Origin: Eledone cirrhosa
Taxonomy: Eukaryota
Length of the DNA stretch: 64,000 bases
NCBI GenBank assembly: GCA_964016885.1
Contig: OZ024740.1
Coordinates: 323,268,001 to 323,332,000 of the forward strand
Direction: 5' to 3'
The notes under the pieces are model-generated. The model saw nothing but the letters and a program-made list of their open reading frames with translations. It did no database searches and had not been told where the DNA came from. Position 1 is the stretch's first letter. Each line of letters begins with the position of its first letter. Positions 28,400 through 42,540 of the stretch are shown here, in pieces. A program made the position numbers and the translations under genes.

Positions 28400-29265
28400 A
28401 GTCAGGCTATGTAGGAGCCAAGACATGCAGTACTCTAAACATGTAGTAATTAAAACATACAGCAATCAAGTCATACAGAAATCAGGATATGCATCAATCA
28501 AGCCATGTAGCAAGCAATACATGTAGCATTTAAAACATGTAGCGATTGTGACATGTAGCAATCAAGACATGAAGCAATTAAGACATGCAATAATTACGAT
28601 ATGTAGCAATTAATACATACAGTAATTAAGATGTGCAACAATTAAGACATGCAACAATTAAGGCGTGTAGCAATTACAACGTGTAGCAATGAAGGTATGC
28701 AGTCATTAAGACATATAAACAGTTACGACATGCAGGCAGCCATGCTATCCGGCAATTAAAATATGCAGCAATCAAAATATGCAGCAATTAAGACATGCAG
28801 ATAGCCAAGAACTGCAGAGAGCTACGACATGCAGATAACCAAGACATGCAGACTGCCAAGACTTTCAATAAATAAGACATACAGACAGATATGATATGTT
28901 GCAGTTGAGTCATACAAACAACCATAATATGCAGATGTCATGATATGCAGAAGTTAAGACATAAAGACAGTCATAATATGCTGTAGTTAAGACATACAGA
29001 CAGTCATGATATGCTGCAGTTAAGACTTACAGACAGCCATGATATGCAGTAGTTAAGACATGCAGAGAGCCATAATATGCAGTAGTTGTCATACAGACAG
29101 TCATGATATGTTACAGTTAAGACATATATACAGCCATAATATGTTGCAGTTAAGACATACAGACAGTCATGATATGTTGCAGTTAAGACATACAGACATG
29201 ATATGCTGCAGTAGTTAAGACACACAGACAGGTATAATATGCCGTAGTTAAGACATACAGACAAA
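28400..29265. repeat. Degenerate minisatellite grading from ~19 bp to ~33-36 bp units
   Basis: aagacatgcagcaatt units changing to taagacatacagacagtcatgatatgttgcagt. Confidence 0.75.
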
Positions 29266-30112
29266 GAACACCTATCAGGGTTTTGATTTGTTGCAGTAAT
29301 TTCAGATTGTCGACGTAATGTGAAATACTGGATTCACTTGGTCGATGTGTGAAAGAAAGAGAGAAAGGAAAGAAAGAATACAATAAATGAAAGAAATATG
29401 AGACAAAAAGAAATAGAAGGAAATGGAAAGAAATGAAGAAAGAAACAAAGGAAGAAAGAAAAAAGAAAGAAAGTAAAAAGAAAAAAAAATGCAAAAGGAA
29501 GAAGGAAAAGACTGGAAAAAGAAAGGAAGTGTGATAGAAGGAAAGAAGGAAAAACGAAAGAACACAGGGATCAGAAAATAGAAGTAAAAAGAAATCCCAA
29601 TGTGTATTTGTTGTGTAGAAGCAATAAGACATGTTGGATATAAATCAGGGCGGAAAGAATGAACTACAGAGTAAAGTATAAAAAGGAAATATGGTAAAAT
29701 GTGGGGGAAAATGTAGTAAATGTGGGAAAATAAGAAGATAAAAGATTGTGAAAAGACTGGGGAAATTTCTGTGCGAAAACAAAGATGGGCTCTTGAAAAG
29801 ATGGCGTTGAAATATGATGAGAAATGTTGATGGGGAGAAAAAAAAAAAGAAAAGAAATTGAAGATGAATGAAAACTGAGAAATATCTTGGACGTACAATT
29901 ATGTATTTATTTTACACATGCAAGTAGGAAACTGCCATCTTATACTACAGTGTATATCTATAGGTTGGTGGTCAATACTGTATGTAATAGGCAGCTGTAA
30001 ACACCTTATATTTTGTTTCGGTGCTACAGATTATATAGTTATGTTGGTAGCCACTGCTGTATGATAAGACAGATGTAAACACCTTGTCTATATATATATA
30101 TATATATATATA

Positions 30113-30756
30113 TTTCGTTTCTGAATTTGTTAAGCAAGATTCTTTATCTGAAAACGTGTGTTGAAACCGATATTGTTATACTTTGGGAGGGTCATGTTGC
30201 CAATAAGAAACACACGCACCAGTTGCTTTCACTTCAATTTATTATAAATTAAATTTATAAATTTAAGAATTTATAAATTTCCGGTTGGTTGGTTCCTCAA
30301 CCAGACGATTGTTCATATATTGTCAAAGTTCTTTCGTCACACATTCTGTGACCTCTTCAGTGACTGATGGAAAACAAACAAAAACACACACACACATAGA
30401 ACAAACAACCAGTAACATGTAAATAAACAAATAAATAAACAAATATAAACACACACAGACACCCGGATGTAACACATGCGCAAACTAAGCACACAACACA
30501 ACACACACAAAAACAAGATGGTGTAGGACAGAATAAAGGAGAGGCACAAAAACAAAGAAAAGAATCCCAGTCACTGAAGAGGTCACAGAATGTGTGACGA
30601 AAGAACTTTGACAATATATGAACAATCGTCTGGTTGTGGAACCAACCAACCGGAAATTTATAAATTCTTAAATTTATAAATTTAATTTATAATAAATTGA
30701 AGTGAAAACAACTGGTGCGTGTGTTTCTTATTGGCAACATGACCCTCCCAAAGCAT

Positions 30757-30764
<8 letters not shown>
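30113..30764. mobile_element. Second copy of the 14088-14648 family with two hammerheads (30322-30364 minus; 30570-30612 plus)
   Basis: Arms 30170-30366 and 30568-30764; identical hammerhead; same outer ends and tail; different inner junction. Confidence 0.85.
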
Positions 30765-30793
<29 letters not shown>

Positions 30794-30850
30794 AATGTTC
30801 TTAAGCACTCTTTGATTATTATTTATAAAGTATATATATATATATATATA

Positions 30851-31069
30851 TAGTGAAAGATTGAAGAATAACATGGTCGGCTGCACAAAAGGGTTTTATT
30901 TACAGTATTAACAATTGTTTCATTGACCAGGTGAGTCTAAAGGCCGCTGATCACTCGAAATTGCGTCATTCGACCTTAAATACAGTGTGCGTCTCTGATC
31001 AAATCATCGGAATACTGTAAATAAAACCCTTTTGTACAGCGGACCATGTTATTCTTCACTCTTTCACTA
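30851..31069 (-). ncRNA. Hammerhead-like motif whose stem I is a ~59 bp inverted repeat
   Basis: acagtatt-CCGATGA-t-TTGATCAG..CTGGTCAA-t-GAAAC-AATT-GTT-aatactgt; arms 30851-30909 and 31011-31069; U4 is C. Confidence 0.6.
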
Positions 31070-31276
31070 CTATTACTCCAAGAATAACCTACATGAAATA
31101 AAGTGTCTTGCTCAAGTACATAACGCATCACTCGTTCCGGGGATGGAACTCAGAACATCACAATTGCGAATCCAACTCTCTAACCATTAAGCCACGCTAG
31201 ATCGATACAGATCGAACATTGAGCTGATCAACTCACGTCACTACTCAATAAACGTAATGAAGACATAACAAATCCT

Positions 31277-31462
31277 CGGTGGATTGGCAGTATCGGTAGA
31301 GGGTCGGACGCCATGCTTTGACGCATAGAGTTACGGCCCTTGCCATTCTGAGTTCAAATCCCGCCGAGGTTAATTTTGCCTTTCATCCTTACGGGGTTGA
31401 TAAAATAAAGTACCAGTAATGCACTGGGTAATTGCTGGCCTTGTGCCAAAAGTAGAAACAAT
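31277..31462 (+). mobile_element. Meta-domain-like SINE
   Basis: Near-identical to 61148-61334. Confidence 0.85.
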
Positions 31463-31578
31463 TATTATATTTACACTCTGCTTAGTTCTAAATCTCTTTA
31501 CCGAGGGCTTACTCGGGCGAACCTACAGTAACTGCACGCTACACTCCCTATATATATATATAAGGTGGACATCATACG

Positions 31579-31656
<78 letters not shown>

Positions 31657-32208
31657 TATGTGTGTATATCATTATAATATTGTCCCAAACTCCCCTACGG
31701 TTGAGTTAACCAGGCGTGTGCTAACCGCTTTTTCTAGCAAATACAGTTCTCGATTACTGTCCACCTTGCTACCCTTCTGTGACCACTGTACCACGTGTTA
31801 ATTTCTCTACAACGCCACCCCACCCCGCCTCTCGAGAATTTGTCACGTGTTACCAACGCGTCAGGAATAACACTTTTTGAAGCGTCTCTTTATAAACCTT
31901 ATCAACCTCACAGCGATGATGCACTTCTAAAGGCATATTTTTGTCTATTATTTCCTTGTATTTTTAATTTTATATATATATATATGTATAGTATATTTGA
32001 TAACATACTGTATGTTTAATTTAAATAATTTTGTAGACCATTCGCTATGAATTTTAAAGTAGTGACTATGCCACTGACTTATTCTCGGCAAAAACAAAGG
32101 GGAGTAATTGATAGTCCTGTTTCTCGCTCATTAACGGTTATCAAGACTACTTATCGCTTCGCTTCCGCCGAGGATTATAGAATGTTTAAGAACTGATTAA
32201 ATATATGC

Positions 32209-32266
<58 letters not shown>

Positions 32267-32588
32267 CGAAGGAAATGTGGTAAGGAACCAGGTGGACCAT
32301 AACGCACCAAAGTACTCAATACTTAGGGTAGTAGAGTGGGTAATAGGAACGAGTAGAACCCCGACTCAGTCCAGAATTAGCCGTCGAAGCTGCTTGAGCT
32401 CAGCCGTCGGGGTCCTACTCGTTCCTATATATATATATATATCCAATCCAGTGACTTCTCACTCCTGCACTCCTGATGGGAGACCCTCCTTTGTTAACAT
32501 CCACCCCTTTATGCTTGGTTTTAGTCATGTCAGAGGTATAGTGCACTCACAACGCTTTGTCAATTGCGTGTTGGTGAGGCTATTTAAC

Positions 32589-32734
<146 letters not shown>

Positions 32735-32807
32735 TTATGGGGGACAAAACTCTAGTGAGTGAACATCGTTAAATTTTCTCCCTCATATCAAGGATTTGAA
32801 GACAATT

Positions 32808-32894
32808 CATTTTCACCTGACGAGATCAGTGATAATCGATCATAGCCACACGATCGATCTATCTCTTATTGAAACATGTGTCGTGATTAAAATG
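32808..32894 (+). ncRNA. Type I hammerhead ribozyme with extended stem II
   Basis: cattttcac-CTGACGA-..ATCGATC..GATCGAT..-GAAAC-ATGT-GTC-gtg-att-aaaatg. Confidence 0.65.
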
Positions 32895-33075
32895 ATTGGA
32901 AATTTATACCTTGCCTTCGGATCTTTATTTTGATACAAATACTCCGTTTTACATCATCTAGCTGTTCCCATAAATGGAATTGGTGATATACAAAAGCGTG
33001 GAGAACTTAATATTGCTAACAAAAGTTTATTGGACCGTATGACACAACCAATAATACACCTTACTATATAACAGC

Positions 33076-33124
<49 letters not shown>

Positions 33125-33138
33125 TGGGGGGGGAGGAT

Positions 33139-33218
<80 letters not shown>

Positions 33219-33605
33219 GTGTAAAACTCGTGAATAAACATCTTGGCTATCTATACAATTTTCAATGCTATATTTTCTAAGATATATCTATATATCTTTG
33301 GCAATACTGTATATAATAGTGAGAGACACAACACAGTGAAGCTTACAAGAAACATGATCGGTAAACATTGCAATGTTGAAGAGAAGTAAATCATGTATTT
33401 TTATATCTTTATAATGTAATATTATTCCAGTGTAATTATGCTGAATGAAATACATTAGATATTGCCGATAGCAATAGACCGTTTACATTGATACATACAT
33501 ACATGCATACATACATATATACATACATACATATATACATATATATACATACATATATACATACATACATCAATACATATATATATACACACATATATAC
33601 ATACA

Positions 33606-33670
<65 letters not shown>

Positions 33671-33924
33671 ATATATATATATATATATATATACATGCAT
33701 ACGTACATACATACAAACACACATATATACATACGTATATATACATACATACACACTCTCACACACACACACACACATATATATATATACATATATATAC
33801 ATATATCCATACAGCCCCCATGTATATATACATAGGTACACATATATACATACACACAGATATACATACGTACATATATATATACATACACACACATACG
33901 TACATATATACACACATACATATT

Positions 33925-33955
<31 letters not shown>

Positions 33956-35341
33956 TTATTAAAATAACAGATTATTATTATTACTATATATATATATATA
34001 TTCACCGAAATAACATAAACATGAAGTTTATTCATACTAAAACATGAAATATTGAATAAATATGAAAACTCCAAAGAAACAAAACCGATAGAAAATCATT
34101 GTTTTGTATAAAATTTGGAGCCGGTAGAGCGTCGAATTAAAAAAAAACCTTGGTATCTGTTCCAGCTCACTACGCTCTGAGTACAAATCCTGATCAGATT
34201 AACTTTGCCTAACATCCTTTAGAGGTCAATAAGTAAAGTAAGGCTCAAGAATTGATGTAGATTATCCCCTCCATATGCACACACACACGCACAAACCCAC
34301 TCACGTACACACACACACACACAAACACACTCATATACATACACACAGAAACACACGCATACATACGCAAACACACTCACGTACACACATACACACACAC
34401 ACACACACGCGCACGCACACAAACACACGCACACACACACATACATTTATTCTTTCTCTGGAAAACATCGGTTCCGTCACGTATGTAATGTTCAAGACGC
34501 CGCCTGACACCATCCAGAGTTGAGGTCTGATTACTTCCTTATTTTCTTTCCTTCTGTACTAAGAAGTACAACACGGAGAAGGAAAGTAAAATATATTTAG
34601 CAAAAATGGCCACTGATAGATATTGATTCTTCAAATCTTTGAAAGAGATTTAAATATTTACAGTGAAATAGATTTAATTAAACCTTCTTAATTAAAATAA
34701 ATATACAATAATGAAAGTATTAATAAATAAAATAAGTAATAAACAGGAAGAGTAAAAGAAAGAAGACATAAAGGAAGAATGCAGAAGGAAAGGAAAAGCT
34801 CTACACAATTGACCAGTGGTACATCTGAAAACAAGATGGTGGAAGCATTGCCACGGAGAACAGCCAGCGATATTCACTGACTCAGCCATTCAAAAATATT
34901 CAAATAAATCAACATATTTAATTGATATAAATAGGTGAAGAACAATGTTAGATGAAAGAGAATGAACATTTAACATAAATGCTCTAATATGAAAAAAAAA
35001 CAAAAAAAAATATATACAATATATTTATCAACTTAGAAGTTAATAAATGCATTTGTTATATAACAATTCGTTACCATATTTCTATTGAAAGACATTGCCT
35101 ATATTTTTCAAATAGTCTTCAATATAACCAGTAATCTGGAAACATTTAGTAGTATAAATAAATATATATATAACTTTCTCATTATTAAGTTGATATTTGG
35201 AACATGACTTAAACAGTTTTACGTTACCGTATTTCTAACGATATGATTTTTACATATTTTTGAAAAAATATCAAGAATTTGAAAGAATTTAGTTATATAG
35301 AATGTGTCTACTAAAAGAGTAAATAGTCCATCAGTCTAGAC

Positions 35342-35882
35342 CAGCGTTTCTCAACCGGTGTTCCCCGGAGCCCAAGGATTCCGCAAGAGGTCACTAGGGG
35401 TTCCGCGAGAACCAGTGATAAATAAACTAATGTATTTCTTAAAAGTTATTTTTGTTTAATTTTATATTCGTAATTTTACTATGCATTTACGGCATATTGT
35501 CGGAAAATCCTTGTTTATTTTAAGAAAGGCTTCAACCTCTTATATTATTTAAAACTAGGTCAATATAAGAGATAGATATTAATAATTGTTTCTACTTTTA
35601 GCACAAGGCCAGCAATTACCCAGTACATTGCTGGTACTTTATTTTATCGACCCCGTAAGGATGAAAGGCAAAGTTGACCTCGGCGGGATTTGAACTTAGA
35701 ATAGAAAGGGCCGTAACTCTATGCGTCAAAGCATGACGTCCGACTCTCTACCGATACTGCCAATCCACCACCCTTTAGAGATAGATATTAATAATGGTAT
35801 ATAATAATTTTTATGTAGGGGTTCCCTGAGACATGAACCTATTTCAAGGGTTCCACAAGGGTAAAAAGGTTGAGAAACGCTG
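35342..35882. mobile_element. hAT (Charlie-like) MITE
   Basis: Perfect TIRs CAGCGTTTCTCAACC; 8 bp TSD GTCTAGAC at 35334-35341 and 35883-35890. Confidence 0.9.
35587..35776 (-). mobile_element. Meta-domain-like SINE nested in the hAT MITE
   Basis: 19 bp TSD agagatagatattaataat at 35568-35586 and 35777-35795. Confidence 0.9.
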
Positions 35883-36140
35883 GTCTAGACCCTATACGAT
35901 AGCCATCTTGTTTTTACCTCAATTGAATTTCCACTATTAAAAGTAATGTGTAAGTGGCTAAATAATGTGTAAGCCACAGACAAGCGTAGCGTTAATACAG
36001 TTCCCGGGTCAGAACGACACAATAGATCACAGGTGCAATCCAAAGAAAAACATGAAAATAGAGAGAAGACTTGACCTCAGAACATCAGAATCAACACTAA
36101 TTCATGTCTATTTCTGTATTTCTCGGTATATATATATATA

Positions 36141-36180
<40 letters not shown>

Positions 36181-37168
36181 TATATATATATAAAAACACT
36201 TTTAATTTACCAGATTTCTGACTTTAAAGTTCCAATCTTAAATCTTGATTTCTCTATATTAATTTGTTATTTGTTTTCTGCCCTCTTCACTGTATAACCT
36301 TATATTTATATTTATTTTAAGTTGAGATAGATTATAACACAAACACATTGAATATCTCATCTTAACATCTTGTATCATACCAATCTATCCAACATATTCT
36401 GACCTTGAGATTGGTTATAGCACACACACACACACACACACTTTATCCTACATTATTTCTCACTTCTCCATATACATTATCATTACTTTTTCACCAATCT
36501 CTCATTTACTCTTTATTCTTTATTCTCTATTTATTTATTTATTTTCAAATTACACAAATTATATTAATTATTTTATTTTATTATATTATTTATTTATCTT
36601 CTGTTTTCTTCATTTATTGCCTTATATTTCTTCATATACATGAAATAACCCCCCCCCCCCCGCCACCACCACTACGATGGTGGCGGGTGGGATGAAGAGA
36701 AAACACAAACTGAATACTTCTAAATTGTTAGCAGCAGCAAGATATAAGCTGACCACTACAACAACAACAGTACCAAAATAATGGTGGAGGTCAAATGTAC
36801 TGAACAATAGCAGGCATAACACTACAGGGAGCCTCACCCCAGAAAGAATTCTATAGACTTCTGACTGAGGAATGCTCTCAGAACTGAACAATGGGAAGTT
36901 TGACACATTTTTTGATATTTTGTTCCTTCAACACCTTGTCCCTTCTACCATTTTATCAATTTTTAAGCTAACTCCAACAATGACAACACTAATAACTGAC
37001 CAATGAGAGGAGCAGGGGACCTGTGACACTAAAATTCGTTTGTTTGAATTCATATGACTCCAGTTCCCCAGTGAATTAACAACCCAACAAGGAACTGGGC
37101 ATATCAGAGTATTGACAATATCATACACCTAAACAACATATGTACTTGTCTATACCATACTAATTCAA

Positions 37169-37223
37169 ACTGCCTGAAGAGGTCACAGCCAAAGATGGCT
37201 GTCACTGAAATATATATAGCAGT
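37169..37223 (+). ncRNA. Type I hammerhead ribozyme (same family as 13300)
   Basis: actgc-CTGAAGA-ggtc-ACAGCCA-aaga-TGGCTGT-cact-GAAA-TATATATA-gcagt. Confidence 0.8.
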
Positions 37224-37267
37224 AATAAACGAAGCTAAATTTTAATCATTTGACTTTTATTTAACTT

Positions 37268-37334
<67 letters not shown>

Positions 37335-37420
37335 CTTGTGTGTGTGTGTGTATGTATGTATATATATATGTGTATGTGTGTATATATAAATATATATATA
37401 TATAAATATATATATATATA

Positions 37421-37460
<40 letters not shown>

Positions 37461-38434
37461 TGTGTGTGTGTGTGCTTGTGTGTGTGTGTGTATGTATGTA
37501 TTTAAAATATGAAATGAAGAGAGGAAAGAAGAAAAAATATATATATTGATAGACAAAAATATACACGGAGGAAAATAAGGAGAGAAACAGAGGCTAAGTT
37601 AGAAAGGAAATGAAAAACTACAGGTATTGTCAGTTATTTTGGGTTGAGGTAATTACATGCTCTATTTGTATCTTAAACCATTGTTTTCAGTATAATGTCA
37701 GAATGATTCACTGGAACTAAGATGTCTAATACAGGAACATGGATTTATATATGCACCACAACAACGAAAACACCACCACCACTACTGCTGCCGCCAACAT
37801 CACAACCAACATCACTACAAACAAAAACACCACCACCACCTGCACCATCATTACCACCACCAACACCACCAACACCATAACCAACATCACTACTACCAAA
37901 AGCACCACCACCAACACAAAAACCAAAAGCCCCCTTCCACCATCATACCACTACCAAAACCACCACCACAAAACCAACACCACCGCACACAACCAATACC
38001 ACCACCACCACCACAAAACCAACACCACCACACAACCAACACCATCACCACCACCCATCACCACCACAAAACCAACACGCCCAGCACAACCAACAGACCA
38101 CCTATCATCACCACCACCACTACCACAAAACCAACACCCCACCACAACCACCACTAACACCACCACCACCATCACCACAAAACCAACACTACCACCACAA
38201 CCAACATCACCAACAACAATACCAACAACAACAACAAAAGCTCAACAATCATTATCGTTCAGCATTCATTACATGCAACATATACCCAGTGACAGCCTAA
38301 ATATTTTACGTAGAATCTTATAAAGTACTCTTGACGAAAGTAAAAGATATGAAATGTTTCTTATAGTTTCTACACGAGTCTTGAGAAGGAAGTTGTTTTT
38401 TCGTTCCTGCTCTCAGTAGTCTGAGTTCGCATGA

Positions 38435-38575
38435 GGCGCATGACCTAGTGGTTAGGGCATTGGGCTTGCAATCGAAAGGTTGTGAGATCAATTCTCGGAC
38501 CGGGTGATGTGTTGTTTCCTTGAGCAAGATACTTTATTTCACGTTGCTCCCGTTTACTCAGATGTAGAAATGAGA
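38435..38575 (+). mobile_element. tRNA-derived SINE (third family; inverted copies at 26795-26910 and 31090-31200)
   Basis: A-box-like TGACCTAGTGG; shared CTTGAGCAAG..ACTTTATTTCACGTTGCTCC body. Confidence 0.65.
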
Positions 38576-39240
38576 TGATAGGACTGGGGTCCCTATCATT
38601 AAATCACCCAAGACACCTCTAACGAGATATACCTTGGAGGAGGCCAGCTTAACCTGCATAGGTGTGAGCTGTCACACACAGTCTGGGTTCAAATATATAG
38701 TAGAGGTTCATTTTGGTTTTTATCATTTCGGTGTCGATAATATAACTAGCAACTCTTTCTCATCTTCCCATTATAATACTTTGGATGTTCCACTGTATCA
38801 AGGCGGGGTTGGGAAGATAGGCCAAGGAGATGTGTACGTTTGCTCGCACATAAACAAATTAGTGAAAGCAGAATATATAAAACAATGTTGCACTTAATTG
38901 CGGTAGCTCTTTTTTTTAGCTTTTCTATAATTAACATTTCATGTTTAGAGTTACATAAGAAAAGATGAAAGGTTATATTGACCTGTATCTGGGCAGGATT
39001 TTAACTTGGTGCGCAGAAAGTCGGAAAATTACCGCAAGGCATTTTCCCGACGTTCTAACGACTCTGCCCTCGTAAATATTCTCTCATTTGCTCGTTGCAA
39101 ATATATGCAGAGGAATTTATTCTCATGCTGTTATGCATGATCAAATTTTAATTATTGCTAATGAGGATGAGATTATAACACATAAACAGTAGGTTCTAGG
39201 AGCTTTCCTATAACGGAGAAAAAAAACACGATTTAATAAT

Positions 39241-40015
39241 GGTTTCTGATTTAGGCACAAGGCCAGCAATTTTTAGTGGGCAGAGGAAAGTCAATTAAAT
39301 CGACTCCAGTGCATTACTGGTGCTTTATTTTATCTACCCTGTAAGGATGAAAGGCAAAGCTAACCTGAGCGGGATTTGAACTAATACTGTAAAGGGCCAT
39401 AACTCTATGCTGCAAATCATGGTGTCCGACGCTCTAATAATACTATGCGATTTAATAATTGTTTCTACTGTTGGCACAAGACCAGCAATTATTCCAGTGC
39501 ATTACTGGTATTTATTTTGTCGACTCTGTAAGGATGAAAGGCAAAGTTAACCTCGGAGGCATGATTCTAATTTAGGCACGAGGCGAGCAATTTTATCCTT
39601 TTACGGGGATAAAGTCGAGTACATCAACGTACATCGAGTACATACGTGACTAGTATTTTATTTTAACCACTCTGGAAAGATGAAAATCAAAGTCAAACCT
39701 GGTAGGATTTGAACTAATGTAAAGAATCAGAGAAAATAACGCAAAGGCATTTTATCCGACGCTCTTACGACTCTGCCAATCCACCACCATAATGTGTTTT
39801 AATAATTGTTTCTATATTTGGCGCCAGACCAGCAATTTGAAGGGAAGTGGAAAGTCGATTAAATTGACTCAAGTATGATACTAGTACTTTATTTCATAGG
39901 CTACGTAAGAAAGAAATCTAAAGCTAACCCAGCGGGATTTGAACTCAGGACGTAAAGAGTCGTACCTCTGTGCTGTAAAGCATATTGTCTGGTGCTCTAC
40001 CGATACTCTCAATTC
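39241..40015 (-). mobile_element. Cluster of four tandem Meta-domain-like SINE copies or fragments
   Basis: Repeated ggcacaaggccagcaat...aaggatgaaaggcaaag...gggatttgaac at ~39241, 39459, 39565 and 39807. Confidence 0.75.
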
Positions 40016-40029
40016 TGAAAGAAGAACGT

Positions 40030-40399
40030 AAAATACCACATTGAAAGATTGAATAATGTGTGAAGAAGTAAGAGAGAGGCATTACAGATATACTTCAGGA
40101 AATAGCAAAAACAAAATGGAGATGGACAGGATATTTAGCTAGAAGAGGGGACAACAGATTAAAGGGGAAAGAACCATGGAGTAGATTCCACGGGAGGATG
40201 GTAAAGAGGAGGGGTAGTCGAGGGGTGATATGATGGGACAATGTCGTCGAAGAATAAAAGAAAGTTATCGAGGATGGGGGATGTATACGTTGCAAGATCA
40301 GTTTGAACAGGAATGGCAATGGACAAAAAATAGGAATGGAGGGAGCCTAAAGGGGGAAACATCCAGCGGTGAACTGGCTATATACTGAAGAAGGAAAGA

Positions 40400-40400
<1 letters not shown>
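40030..40400 (+). mobile_element. RTE-clade LINE 3' fragment
   Basis: Translates ITDILQEIAKTKWRWTGYLARRGDNR (the RTE WRWAGHxAR motif); followed by (AAG)/(TAG)n. Confidence 0.75.
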
Positions 40401-40464
<64 letters not shown>

Positions 40465-40753
40465 GAGGAGGAGGAGGAGGAGGAGGAGGAGGAGGAGTAG
40501 GCGAAAAAAGAAGAAGAAGAAGAAGAAGAAGAAGAAGAAGAAAAAGAAGAAGAAGAAGAAAAATATATTTTCTTCCTACTTATAAGCTTATTTTGAGTTA
40601 ATTTTCATCAAAAGATCAATGTTCTGTCTTTCGTTTAGTACTTTATTTCATACCACCACAACTGTAATTTCTCTATTCTCTACCATTATATATACTGTGT
40701 ATATATATATATCCACATATATATATATATATGTATAAGTATCTGTATACATA

Positions 40754-40847
<94 letters not shown>

Positions 40848-41221
40848 CATAGATATAAATAAAGGAAATATATTTTAATATCCTATCTACAATCAAAAGA
40901 AAAAAATAAATAATAAATAAATTCTAATAAATTATTGGAAAATTAAACAACCAATGTAATTTGACTTAATTACATTTCATTAATTACATTGTTTTTTGTT
41001 AATTGATCCTTATCTATATAATGATCGATAGCTAGTATAAATTCGACCCAACGTTGAAAGATCTACATATATCACTATTATTCATTCGATTGTTTGGCGT
41101 CTGTAGTCGAGACAAACGTTATAAGCCCTCCCAAGAGTCCACGAAACTGTACTAAAATTATTAGTCATGGGACTTTTCCTGCGCGGCCGAATGGTTAAAG
41201 AGTTCGCTTCGCAGTTATTTG

Positions 41222-41416
41222 CAGACCTGCCAACCTCTAAAGACCCTAATAGGGGGTACCATGAAAAGAAGTGCCCTAAAACGGGGAGAAATGAGGCAAA
41301 ATGGGGAAATTTTATATAATAAAACCTACACCTATTTTCACAAGAGAAGACATCTCTCACCCATACCAAAGTGGGTGGGAGATATCTCCGTCGGTCGGGG
41401 AGAGTTGACAGGTCTG
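41222..41416. mobile_element. MITE with CAGACCTG(C/T)CAAC TIRs
   Basis: CAGACCTGCCAAC ... GTTGACAGGTCTG; inserted in a SINE head. Confidence 0.7.
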
Positions 41417-41430
41417 TATTAGGTCGCGCG

Positions 41431-41755
41431 CAGGGCCGGATTTAATGGGGGGCAAGGGGGCATGGGGGCAATTTCCCAGGGCCCCTTGCAGTGGTGGAGA
41501 GGTGTAAACCAGCGACGGCGGTAGCAATTTATTTGTGCCATCAGCCGGGCTTTTTAGTTTTAGGATGGTTAGAATATTTGAATTTAATACCTGTTGGTAT
41601 ACCTTTTCAATTCCAATTACTTTCCCGAAGCTAATTTTGATATGTAAAATACGCGCGATGGGGAGGGGGTTTACTGTGTATTCTAATTTTTTGGTGTATG
41701 AGGGCCCCACCCAAACCTGAAGTGTCTCGGGCCACAAGGTCTAAATCCAACCCTG
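41431..41755. mobile_element. hAT-like MITE
   Basis: TIRs CAGGGCCGGATTTA / TAAATCCAACCCTG; imperfect 8 bp TSD GTCGCGCG / GTCGCGGG. Confidence 0.8.
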
Positions 41756-42089
41756 GTCGCGGGTTCAATCTCGTGGCGCGGGATATTTTGGGTAAATGTC
41801 CTTTTCTTTAGTCTTGGGTTGACTTATGCCTTATGAGTGAAATTGGGTAAACAGTTTGGAAGTCCGCCAGATAGATTGTACATGTAATTTAAAGGTCCAA
41901 CCTTGTCACACGTTGTATTGCACTGAATGTCCCTGAGTGGTATTGGGCAGATCACTAATCAATACCTACTATTTGCTGTATTATCGAATATTCACGGCAT
42001 ATTAGATCATCACTGCTTCAAATCAATCACAAACATATGTTGGCTATGTATGGTATCATAAAATATAAGAAATAGCGTTAGAATTATTG

Positions 42090-42540
42090 AAACAACCAGT
42101 AATATATGTTGTCATTGTAAAGATAAGGAGAGTATGATATCGTACCAGGTACGTTATAGCATCTGAATGGAAACAAGCAACAATATATGCTTCTTTTGAA
42201 AGGTGAGGCGGGTATAGTTTCGTACCACGTACGTCATCGCATCTGAAATGGACATAAGTAATATATTTTGTCCTTCCAAAGTGTATGTTTGGATGTGTGT
42301 GTGTGTACGTGTGTGTGTGTGTGTGTGTGTGTCCCGGGGGGGGGGGTCAAGTAAATAACAGGTACGTCATTGCACTAGATAAAAGAAGCTAGTAATATAT
42401 GTTTCTATTGAAATGTGAGTAAGGATGTTGTATAGAGTATCACATGAAAACAACCAGCAACAAACATTGTCCTTGTACAGTAAAAGAGGTGATAGTAACG
42501 TAGGAAGTACGTCATAGTATCTAAATGGAAATAATACAAT
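42090..42540. repeat. Degenerate ~75-80 bp tandem repeat
   Basis: Recurring gtacgtcatagcatctgaatggaaac..aatatat. Confidence 0.55.

Noticed and set aside
27650-28465. 213 aa hydrophobic and 250 aa Asn-rich ORFs
   Set aside because: They are a 51 bp minisatellite and (GTT)n repeats fused to a SINE tail.
37739-38323. Thr/Pro-rich mucin-like ORF
   Set aside because: Degenerate (ACC)n low-complexity tract with no splice or domain support.
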